Shown piece after piece: positions 24,580 through 36,643 of a stretch of DNA of 64,000 nucleotides. The position numbers and the translations under genes were made by a program. The notes under the pieces were generated by a model, which saw only the letters and a list, made by a program, of their open reading frames with translations, searched no databases and was not told the DNA's origin. Each line of letters starts with the position of its first letter. The stretch's first letter is position 1. Location of the stretch: assembly GCA_002104945.1 (NCBI GenBank), contig MCFH01000076.1:153710-217709 (forward strand), read 5' to 3'. This DNA is from Piromyces finnis finn. Its lineage: Eukaryota > Fungi > Neocallimastigomycota.

Positions 24580-26247
24580 TTAGAAATATTTAGTTGGAGT
24601 ACAAGATTTACTTGGTGGATTTTGGTCACCATCCCATGTAATACAGAATTCATTTTTGATAGCTTCTGCTCTTTGTTCAACCCATTGATAAATACCCCAA
24701 TGAAGACCACCAACACCTTTTTCAAAATTTTCTTGGAAATGATTGAAATAATATATTGGAATACCTGATCTTTTACCAGCATTATATGGACGTTCAAAAG
24801 AAAAGTCCCATTCCATTTCAGGTTCATAACGTTCTCTGTAAGATTCGACAACACTTCTGAAAGCAACTGGATTAAATATAGTTTGAACAATGGCAATAAG
24901 CGTATTTTGGAAACGTTTTTGAAGCGCTGGTGAACCAGCAATAAATTTATCAACTAAAGTACGATAATCCGTATCTCTTCCAACAATATGCCATTGACGA
25001 TTAAGCATAGTAGTATAAGATTGGGATGGGAAATCATCACCAACACTGTTAATTGGTGCAATTAAACCAACACCCCATGTTTCATCATGGTCTTGGGTAA
25101 TGAAATAAAATTTAAAGGTATCCTTTGTAGATTGGTTTGGATCATCGTAAATTGCATAATTACTAGTTGTATGCCAATAACCATCCCAATCACCAGTTAA
25201 GTATTCCATTGCCATAGCTTTATGGAAAGTATCAATATCAAACCATTGACTTTCAAATGTTTGTAATGCACTTTCATTCTTTGGATTAAGTTCACTAATA
25301 GCTTTACAGAGTGGTAGTAATCTAGAATGACTACCATAAAAATATTGATAATATGTAGCATTATTTGGCTTATATTCAAAATCAGATCCAAATTCACAAT
25401 CAATAGGATAACCAAGTTTTTTTGGTAAATTAATATCACCAGTGGATGGATTACCATAAAATTCATTTTTAATAAAAGATTCACTGAATGCTTCTTCTTG
25501 TAATGTGTAGAAACCAGCTGGCTTCTTGTTAACATAAACACGAACCATAACAGACTTAATACTTGGCATACCAATACTTTCAATGATATGACCATAAATA
25601 AATTGACGAAGATTAAGTGGATCTTCACCACCATTACGTAACTTTAAAATAGTTCTTCCATTTATACCACCATCATTTAATTCCATTCTTATTTGGAATT
25701 TTGAGAAATCTCTATTTTTAGCTGTGGCAATAATATTACTAAAGGTTTTTTTGGTATTTTTAAGATAAAAAGTAACATTTTCTATTTGAACCTTATCTCT
25801 AGTTGGGTTATGGAAAAAATATTCAGTTGTATTACCAGTAAAATGAATAGTTGGAATGTAAGCATCATCAAAAAGGTTAGTCTTACCAACACTTCTGTTC
25901 CAATTTGGTAGAGTAGATGGATGCTTAAAAGTTTTAAGAGTTTTTAGTGTAACTTTTCTACCAAAAAATTCATGATAAGTAGTGTTTGTTTTAATAGTAT
26001 ATGTACGATAGAAATCTTCTTTTACACCATCAACGATATAATAGTATTGAAATTCTTTATTTGGCGCATTGGTTAACTTTCCTGCACATAAAAGTGGATC
26101 ACTATTATAAGGTTTAATATTATATTTCTTACCACCAACTATTTGAAGCTGTGTTTTATTACCAAATGATATGACCTTAAATAAAACAGTTCTACTATAA
26201 ACAACACTTAAAAAAAGTGTTAATGCCAATATAAATTGTTTTACCAT
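24580..26247 (-). CDS. cotH: Secreted CotH-family atypical kinase, intronless, no dockerin, 555 aa
   Basis: Signal peptide and CotH motifs: EFFGRKVT, IPTIHFTG, LKLRNGGEDP, GFYTLQEE, EYLTGDWDGYW..TSNY, TQDHDETWG and F.PV.....VE....RY.PEMEWD. Confidence 0.9.
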   Translation of the reverse strand: MVKQFILALTLFLSVVYSRTVLFKVISFGNKTQLQIVGGKKYNIKPYNSDPLLCAGKLTNAPNKEFQYYYIVDGVKEDFYRTYTIKTNTTYHEFFGRKVTLKTLKTFKHPSTLPNWNRSVGKTNLFDDAYIPTIHFTGNTTEYFFHNPTRDKVQIENVTFYLKNTKKTFSNIIATAKNRDFSKFQIRMELNDGGINGRTILKLRNGGEDPLNLRQFIYGHIIESIGMPSIKSVMVRVYVNKKPAGFYTLQEEAFSESFIKNEFYGNPSTGDINLPKKLGYPIDCEFGSDFEYKPNNATYYQYFYGSHSRLLPLCKAISELNPKNESALQTFESQWFDIDTFHKAMAMEYLTGDWDGYWHTTSNYAIYDDPNQSTKDTFKFYFITQDHDETWGVGLIAPINSVGDDFPSQSYTTMLNRQWHIVGRDTDYRTLVDKFIAGSPALQKRFQNTLIAIVQTIFNPVAFRSVVESYRERYEPEMEWDFSFERPYNAGKRSGIPIYYFNHFQENFEKGVGGLHWGIYQWVEQRAEAIKNEFCITWDGDQNPPSKSCTPTKYF

Positions 26248-27993
26248 GATACGGCGGATATTGGTTTATATTTTATTTATTTTTTCTATTTTTCTGTTTA
26301 TTTACAAGTTTACTAATTTATTTTAATTATATTTTGTATTAAAACGAATGTCTCTAACTTAAAGTGTCATTGAAATGTTTCTACTTTAAATTTCAAATCT
26401 AATTTTTTTTTATTTTTTTTTTTTATTGAATTATATTAAAAATTTTTAGAAATTTCGTTACTTTTATATAGAACGATATATTCCATATTTAGTTTTAAAT
26501 TTATTTAATGTAGATAATATATATATAATATATATTAGGATATATTAATTGATAAAAATTTTTTAAAATTTACTATGAAATAAAATTTTAAAATAAAAAT
26601 TAATATTGGATGATATATATTTAAATAAAATTATATATATGAAATTTTTATTTTATTTATAATTATCATATTATATTTATAAATAATATATAAAATTTTT
26701 AATTAAACCATTTTTGATAGGTAAATGAAAGAACAAAATTGAATAATTTAATATAATTAAAATTATTGGTAAAGAGAAAAAAAAGGAAAACGGAAAAATG
26801 GAAAACGGCATAAAAGAAATAAAAAATTAGATCTATAGATTTTGTCTATAGGAAGGAGGCGTATTTCATAAATTCTTTCATGAATTTTTTTCTTTAAAGA
26901 TAAACCTTTGAACTTTTTTATTATTATTATTAATTAATTAATGCAGAAAGAAAAAAAAAGTTATTATTAAATATATAAAGTATATATATAAAGTTATCAT
27001 ACATACATTATATATATACTTTTTTTTCAATTAAATATTTTTTTTTAAAAAAAAAAAAAAAGATTAATTTTTTAGTATGTCAATATTTCATTGGTGTATA
27101 ATACATTTTTTATAAATTTTACAATTATATAAATTCTTTTTAATTATACCATTTTATTAATAAAAAATAAAAATATATTTATTACTATTTATTTATTTAT
27201 TTATAAGACATTTCTAATAATATAAAGAAAAGAGAGTGTTGGTTTAATGCTGCTGATATATTTTATTAAATAATCTCATTTTTAAATGTAACTTTTAATA
27301 CGTATTTTATAAGCACCATTGATTATTTTTATTAGATGAAAAAAAAAAATAATAATTTTCAAACATCAATTTCTTTAAAAAAAAAAATTCAAAATTAATT
27401 AAATGAAATTAATAAAAAAAAATTTTTTTTTTTATTTTTTTTAACAACCTTATGAATAGAGTTTTTATATATATATACATACAGTGTTTAGAAACTATCT
27501 TAAGGTTTTTTTTTTTGTAACATTCCATAAAAAGTACCCTACTTTAACTATTTCTTATAAGAAATTAAGAAATAAAAAATACCAATAAGTTTTTTTTTTA
27601 CAATTAAAAGAAAGACTTAAACTTTAATATTTGGATATTCAAATAAATTTTTTTTTTTTTTTTTTTTTTTTTTGCTTTTTATTATTATTATTGTTATTGT
27701 TAAATTATGATTTAAACTTTTATTTTTAATTTAAAAAAAATTATATTAATAGAATAGAAATATGTTTTTTTTTGTTTTTTTTTGTTTTTTTAACTATATT
27801 GGCCTAATTTTTTATATTCATATGTATTGTTTTTTTTTTTAATTTTTCTTTTTTTTTTTTTTTAAAAAAATAGATTTTTGAAATTAAAAAAAAAAAAGAT
27901 ATATAATAAAATAAAATATATATATCCATTAGAAATATTTTTTTAAAACATATAGTTATAGAATGGGTTGAACGAAGGAAAATAATAAAATGC

Positions 27994-30900
27994 TTAAATA
28001 GTTTCCCAACCACCATAGTCGACAATATTTTCAAGACGTTGAGAAATAAAGGATGGAATGGTTTTATTTAACCACATTTTTCTTATTTCTTCATATCTTC
28101 TTGGTGAAAGAAATTGTGGTTTACCACGAATATACGATTCATCAGGTTCACCATGAACATCAAGATAAGGTGCATTAAGGAAGGTACCATTGGTTCCACA
28201 ATTAATATAAACCATACATTTCTTAATTAACATATACATACCAATACTTTTACCACAAGTTTGAGAATGAAGATAACATTCTCCAAGATCATTCTTATTA
28301 CAACAGAAACTTTGGAAACATACCATTTCACCGCAAAGTAAACAAATCGTTTGGACGTAAGGAACACTATTACATCTTTTACATTTACGATGGGAACATT
28401 CTTCAATAAGATCACTAATTCTATTAGTAAGTGGATACATTTCTATGATCGATGGGGAATTTAATTTAATCTTGTAGGCATCGAATTGATTAGCATTAAC
28501 AATTCTATTGTTTGTTTTTCCTGATGTGGTATCAGAAGAAGAGGTGTTGTTTTGAATAGCTTCGGGTTTTGGTTGAGTACTACCACTTCCATTGGCTTCT
28601 GATTCATTGGTAGTAACGACAGGTTCTAACATTAATCCATTGTCATTAGCAACAGCAATGTCATTATTTGATGAAGTGGCATCTTCCATTGTGGATATAT
28701 GCTCCATTCCATCAGATTTTCTTTCTCTCTTCTTTTGAATACTGGACTTTGAACGATTGGCAAGTTGAATTGGCGCTTCAAATGGATTCATCTTAATTCT
28801 TTCACACCATTGATCACACCAGTGTTTAATGATAATCTTCATTTCTTCGTTATCATTAATAAATTGACATACTTCTGAAAGAGAAGATGGTAGGTTTAAG
28901 AATTTTAAGTTACGATCATATTCATTTAATTCTTGATCAACTTCTACAGCTTCTGGAGTAACAAAGAAACGAGAATAAATTAAGAGAACAGCTTGACGAA
29001 GGAATGGCTTAGTGAAAATCTTTAAGACATAGCTTAATGTTTCTTCGGTAAGATTGATCTTACAATGCTTCTTAATATCAGGATGAACGTGAAGAATATC
29101 TAAAATGGTATAGAGTAAGCTACTAATTGGTTTACTTTCATTTTGGTCATCCATGATATTATCATTTTCAGTAATGGATACTGGTGAACCAGTCATAACA
29201 GCATCAATTTCTTTTTCCTTTCCTTTATCTAACTTCACAGCACCAGAATGGAGATTCTTGATAAGATTCTTAATCTTTGGATGAATTGGCCATTGGTTTT
29301 CCATAACACCAACACTTTCAGCAATTGCTAATAAACATTTGACAAGTTCCATAGTATAGAAAAGCATAGTCCAATTAGAAATGTCACTATCCTTTGGTGT
29401 CATAAAGAAAGTACTTGAAACAAATAAAGCAAAAGTATCCTCTTCAATTGGATAAAGTAATTCTTTCTTTTCACATTTAATTTCAATTTCTTTAGTTTTT
29501 GGTTTTGAACCGAAACTATATAAATAGTCATTATCAAAATATTCGTCACCTTGGTTAATAAGAATACTATCTTCGTCATCATCGTCATCTTCAAAGAAAT
29601 CCTCATCCATTAAATAGTCTTCTCCTTCATCATCATCATCATCGTCATTGAGTTGTCCCATATTAAGATATCTAAAGTTTTCTTCATCTTCTTCATTCAT
29701 TTCTTCAATTAAATTTGCTTCAATTGAATTTAATTCAACATTACCTTCATTAGTGTTTTGGTTAGCAGCTACATTTGCTGTTGTACTGGTATTGGCATTG
29801 TTATTATTTTCACCATTTTCATTTTCTTCTTCATCATCATCATCATCATCATTTGCTGAGAAATATTCACTTTCATCACTTGATGAATTTTCATTTAATC
29901 CATCTAATTCCATTGAACTAGTTGAACTAACTAGTTTTTTACCAAATATCATTTGACCTAATTTAATGGCTCTCTTAAAATGCTTTTCTTTAATATCTTC
30001 ATTTTGTATCTTGATAGCAGTGTATGTAAGAATGATTTCATTCATAATACGAAGAAGATTTAAAATCTTTGGATTAATGTGTTCAATTAAACCAATGAAT
30101 GGATAGGCAATTGTAGATTCAGATGATGAATCTTGCTTTACACCACGCATCATAACTTCTACTGTTTGAATTGTGTATTTAAATGTTTCGTGTAAAAGAT
30201 CAGTAAGAAGCGTTTTATCATCAATACTCTTAACCTTTTCATGTAATAATTCTGTTTTAATGTACTTCAAAGTTTTTATAATTTTACTTTCGCAAAGATC
30301 TTTCATATAGTTAGAATCAACAAAGGATTTTAATTCAAAGAATCCCTTGCCTTGTTCTGGTTCTTTATCTTTTTCATGAACATTTTCTTCTTGATCAACC
30401 TCTTGCTTTTCTAATGATTTTTTATATTCTCCATTAACTTTTTCAATGTAATTTTGAATTGCTTTTGTTTCGTCTGTCAAGGTTTCATTATTTATTTCTA
30501 ATAACCATTTAGAAAAGTTGGAAATCTCTTGATCACCTTCTTGACTTTCGAAATTACGAATTGTATAGTGCTTATCTTTCCAAACAACTGGTAATAATAT
30601 ATTACAAATATTCTTACATAATGGACATAAGAATTCATTATGCTTAATATTTACAGAGTAGTTTCTTCTTGGATTACTTTCTTGGTCTCTAGAAATTGTA
30701 TCCATATACTTTTCTAAACACTTTGAATGCATCATATGACCACAAGTGGAAACATAAATACCTGATTGAGAATGAACTGGGTTTACTGATGGTAAAACAG
30801 AAATAGCCTTTGATTCTTCAACAGTATTACCATTTGAACGTTCTTGTTCTTGATCAAAAGAGAAATTCATTTGAAGGTTTTCGTAGACATCATTACTATT

Positions 30901-33900
30901 ATTAAATTTAACTTGACGAACATGACATGATGTTTGAGCAAAACCTAACATACCAATAAGATTATCATTACATTCATCACTTTCACGACACATAATACAA
31001 GAACCAGTTGGGAATTGATAAATATGTTGAATTTTGTATTCTTCTTCATTATATTCATAATCTTCATCCTCAAATTCATATTCATCAAAGTTTGTATTCA
31101 TCATAAAGTTATTTTGTTGTTGAGCGAATTGGGCCATAAGTTCCGCTTTTCTGGCCATAGCTCTTTTTTTCTTTAATCTATTTTCCTCCTCTTCCTTTTC
31201 CTTCAATAATTGTTGCTTATGTTCTCTAAGAATCTTTTGCTTGAACCATTTATCGATATAATCCTTAATTTCATCATCTTCTGTCATTTGATTAACATTC
31301 TTAAGGATTGAACAAATTCTAGGAATAAAGTTAGTGATAACATTATTAGACTTTTCTACAAGATATACTAACCATTGAACTAAGGTCATAGTCTTATCAC
31401 TAGATTCAGTAGAAGATTCAATGTTCATTGGTTCACTGTTTTCTTTCATCTCTTCAGATTTAATTTCTGGTTCGTTGGTATTTTCTTCTTTCATTTCATC
31501 AGCAGTTTCTTCTACTTCATTTGACTCATCTTCGTTATCAAATACTAATTTTACCTTACCATCCATCTTAGATGAGTCAAAAGTAAAGTTTTGATGAGCA
31601 GCATTCCATATAAAGGATTCATTACCTTCAGGCATATTGGATTGGGTTTCAATGCATCTTCTTTCTTCTTCGATAGCAATTTCCATTAAATAGATTGAAT
31701 TATCTAATATAAATTCTGGCTTATATAAACCATCTTTATCTTCTTCTTTCTTTTCATTTGTGCAATTAAATATTGAATAGAAAACAATACTATTAAAGAC
31801 TTGGGAACGACAGAGATTTGGTAACTTTGAAAATCCACTAGAAGGATCAATACGTTCCATTCTTGGCTTTAATACAATATTTTCAATACCATTAGCTTTA
31901 TTTTCACTTGTTTTTAAAATATATTCCTTAATTTTTTGTTTGGCAGTTTCACGATCATTAAATGATAATGAAGAAAAGTATGGATCAACTTCTTCATAAT
32001 ATTTTGTCTTTAATTCATAAGTACCACGATCAGCAATGCCATATGGGAATTTGAAGTTACTAACTTCTTCTAATATATCTTCAATATCACTAGTAATATC
32101 TTTTTCTGATTCCAAATATTTCTTTTCAATCTTACCAGCAATTTCACTAAAGGATAAAGGTTTTTTAATTAAGAGATGAATAATTTCATTTCTTAAATTA
32201 CCTTCAAAACCTTTACCATTAATTTCTTTACGGAATGTAAGTATTCTAATAATAAGAAGAAGGAATTCATCAACTAATAAATTAACCTTTTCATTACTAA
32301 AGCCACGTTTGTCAGCATAAGATTTTCCTCTAAACCAATCTAAAACTTCGAAACGGTCCAATAATGAAGTTAAGAAAACATTAGAATTAAGAGCTAATGA
32401 AGCAACTTGTAAAAATATGATATTAGTATCATATGAAACAGAACGTAACTTTACATTGGAATATGTAGAAGCCATATGATAAATAGTTGCACCATTTCTA
32501 ATCCAAAGATTGGACTTAACTTGTGAAAAGGCTGCCATACAACGTAATGGATATTCCATTAATCTTTGGATACGATTTTCTTGAGTAATATTATCAGATT
32601 CATTCTCAGTTATTGGAATAAATGAGAAAATATCATTCCAGATTTTATCTAAATTGCCATCTATTTTATCTTTCTCTGATAAATTTTTTAAAATCAATGG
32701 AAGCTGGCGAACAAAGCTAGCAAATAACCAATGAACAGGATAAATAAAGGATATTTCACCCAACATAATTGAATAATTAGGAACTTCATAATTATTATCA
32801 TCTAAAGATTTAACATAATGGAATCCATGTTTATTATCTCTAATACTACTGCTAGCATTTTCATCAGTGTTATTCCTATTAGTAACATTATTATTAATTT
32901 CTTCCATTACAGTCCTATTTGCCCGTGTCATTGCTATTTCATTACGAACATTTAATAAATTATTTATAAATGAACCGTGTGTACGGATTATTGTGATTTT
33001 ATCCATAGATGATGATTTTTTATGGCTTTTATAGTAACACCATTCATCTAAAAAGGAAAGAATGTTGGTCATTGCCTTTTTAATATACTTTAGATTTTCT
33101 TCTTGTTCTGATTCATATTTGTAGCAATCAGATATACAATTAATTAATTTACCAAGAATGTAAGTGTATTCTACACCACTTACCCAATCATTGGATTCAT
33201 TAACAATATGATAATCTAAATAACATTTTTGTGGAAGAAATCCTTGTAAATAAACTAACATATCTAAAGCACTTTGTAAATATAATGGATTTTCACGATA
33301 GAAATTAGTTTTAACTTTTGGAGCTTGTAAAAGATATGTAATTCCTTCAACTACTTTACCCAATATAGCCATATCTTTTTCATCTCTGTTAACAATTTGA
33401 AGTGATTCGAATTCGTATTTTTCTGTTCTCAAGGATTTTAATAATTCAAAGTTTTGGTAAAAATGTTTATAATCGAATTTTAAATGACCTGTATTACAGA
33501 AAGTATTTGTCTTTATTAATGTCATTAAATCGAAATAAAAGTTGGTTTCATTGAAGATATAATTAACAGATGTAGGTGATATAGTTTGGACCATAAAATC
33601 AACAATGTTATAACGATCTTCTATATCCGTAAGATATGATGTTAATATATGAGGGAAATGAATTGCATATTTTGTTGCAGTTTTAACCTTAAATTCTTGA
33701 TCTGATATTAACGTATTAATATACAATTCTTTAATTAAAATTCTAGTTGATTTCCATATTTTGATATCATAAAAGAATAATAAATCAATTACTGTTAAAT
33801 CTTGCTTTTTAATGAAACCTGGACATGAATATTTCGATGGATCTTCGATTTTTCTAAAAAATTCATGATTAATTGTATCCCTAATAACATCTTTAACACT

Positions 33901-35329
33901 TTCATATTTTTCATCATTAATTGATATTATTCCTGGAACAACCTTTAATAATTTACTGAAGTAAACAACTAAATATGCAATAACTTCTTCTTTTAATGTT
34001 TCACTTAATAAACGAATAGTAGTACGTAATCCTGCACCATTAATAATTTTACTCATATCCTTCAACTTATTAATATCTTCAGTAATGCATAAACATCCAC
34101 GACCCTAAACAAATAATTATTAGAATTTTTTTAAAATAAAAAAAAAAAAAAGATAAATGAAACAAAATAAATTATTTATATAATAAAAAAAATATAAATT
34201 AATAAAAATTTGTTAATATTAAATCAATAAAGTATTATTTAACAGCTTACATGACTATCAATATTTTTTGCAATCATTTCTGCACGTTCATCAGTGCATC
34301 CAGTTGCCTCTTTAAGTTTTTTAATTACTATATCAAATGAATGATATTCATCATTCCACAATAAGCAATCATATAACTTATCACTACCATCTTCAGATTC
34401 TTCCTTTCTAATTAACTCGTCATCACTAGGAACAGATATATCAAAAGGTGCTTTATTTAAAATATCAATAATAAAAGTAAAACATTGAGATATTACATTT
34501 TTTAAACTTTGCTTTAAAGGTTCAGGAAGTGGCTTTAATGTATCATTCATTTCATTTTTAATATTGTGGTATTTACAATTAATATCAACAATAAAAGCTT
34601 CTTCATCACCACAATCACAACAACCTCCTCCATTTTTCGTTATATAAAATTTAATATTATGGCCTTGATGATTTGAAGCATGGAAACATCTTGAGCATAA
34701 TACACAAGTACTATCAAAAGCACAATCACTATTCAACATAAAAAAAAAATTTTTTTTAAAATATTAATACTATTATTTATATATTAAAACTTATATTTAT
34801 TATTTCATTAATTATATAAATTCTGAAAATATTCAATTTAACTACTAAAATTTTCTATTGTATATATATAATTTTTATAATTCTTATATTTACTATGATC
34901 TAATTGAAATAATACAATTAAATTTTATAATACAATCTTTAAGAATAATATATATATTATTAATAATTATATAATAAAATTACTTGTATCTTTTTTTCAA
35001 TAGATCTTTTTCTTAATTCAAAATACTAACCAACAACGATAAACTGTGTCACCTGGTTTAAAAGAATAACCACATATTTTTCCTAATTCAGAACTATTAT
35101 ATTCAATTCTATTTTCTGAATCATTTTTTACTTCATCATCATCTAATTTTGTTTTCTTTCTATAAGCAGTTGGATTATTAATGAATAAAAAATCCTTGTA
35201 TTCCTTCTTTCCGACTAATTTTTCGTTTAAAAAATTGTATATATTTTTAATTTGTTCATTGGTTAATGGGAAAGTATTAGAACCATTGGTTATAGAATTT
35301 AAAAAATCATACACTTCATGTGATTCCAT
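27994..35329 (-). CDS. UBR1: N-recognin E3 ubiquitin ligase of the UBR1/UBR2 type, 3 exons, about 2295 aa
   Basis: Exons 35329-35031, 34728-34251 and 34104-27994. UBR box (CG..FKPGD.VYRC..C.FD.TCVLC..CF....H.GH...GGGCCDCGD), ClpS-like segment (LWNDEYHSF), RING-H2 (CIMC...CGHMMHSKC...EFLCPLCK) and C-terminal CKRC..CLLCG...YLD.HGE...G.P..L..RRY. Confidence 0.95.
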
Positions 35330-35825
35330 TGTATTATTTTTCTTAAAAAAAATAAAATTAAAAAATTGATACTTTTGTAGTAATTTAATTGAATAATGTA
35401 ATTCTTTATTATATTTATTATTATTTATTTATAAAAGATATATATATTTTTTTATATTTTGATTATATAAATTATGAATATTTGTTTGATTCAATGAATG
35501 ATTCAGTAATTTTTAATAGTAAAATATTAATAAAACATAAAATAATATTATTAAACATTTGTTAATATTAATATAAGTCAATACTCTAAAACATTTAATA
35601 ATGCAACGAAGTATAAAATATAATACACAAATTATTATTATTATTATTATTATTATTACTACTACTATTATTATTATTATTATTTTAATTTTAATTTTAT
35701 TAAAAACATTACCTAATTTATTTTATTTTAAATTATCTTGACCCCGTTAATTATTAGGAAGAAAAATACAATTGATTGACTATTGAAAATTAAAAACTAT
35801 ACAACCCTTATTGGTTATTTATTTT

Positions 35826-35860
<35 letters not shown>

Positions 35861-36643
35861 GAATTATTTGGTTATTAAGAAACTAAAGAGAAAATCTCTA
35901 ACTATGAATACCACGACATAGAGAATAATTTTATATAATCTAAATAGTTTTTTAATAATAAAAATTACTATATTATTATTGTAATCTAAAAATAATATTT
36001 AAAAATACTATTTAAATAATACATAATAATAACATAATAATTATTAAGTATAAGGAATAAAATAAAAATAAATAAATTTAAATTTTGGTTTTTAATTTAT
36101 TCTTTAAATTCCTTTCTTATTTTAGATATAAAAAGAAATTTTCATGTAGTAACATTTATTAAGCAATAAAGTTTAAAATAAATGATTATTTTTTTTATGA
36201 ATGAAATAAAACTATTTGACGAAAAAAAATTAATATATTATTTACTTTTTACTTTTCAAAAAAAAAAAATTTATTAAATATTATTATATATTATTTTCCT
36301 TAGATAAAAAAAAAAATGGGAAAAATTCAGTATACAATACTATTAATTAAATAAAGTAGTAGGATTCCTTATTAAACCATTAAAAATAAATTATTTTTAA
36401 AAAAAAATATATATATAGTTTTTATAAAATTCTGATATATTTACTATTTAAAATTTAATATTTTATTTTGTTTAGAAATAATTTATTTGTACATTTAGAA
36501 TATTATAATTTAATCAATCTATTTTATTAACTTAATATAGTTTTCTAATATCATTTTTCCATTAATATTTAAATAATCTTAATATCAATATTTATTAATA
36601 CTAATTTATTTCTTTTTATAGTTTATTGGAATATTGTATAAAT

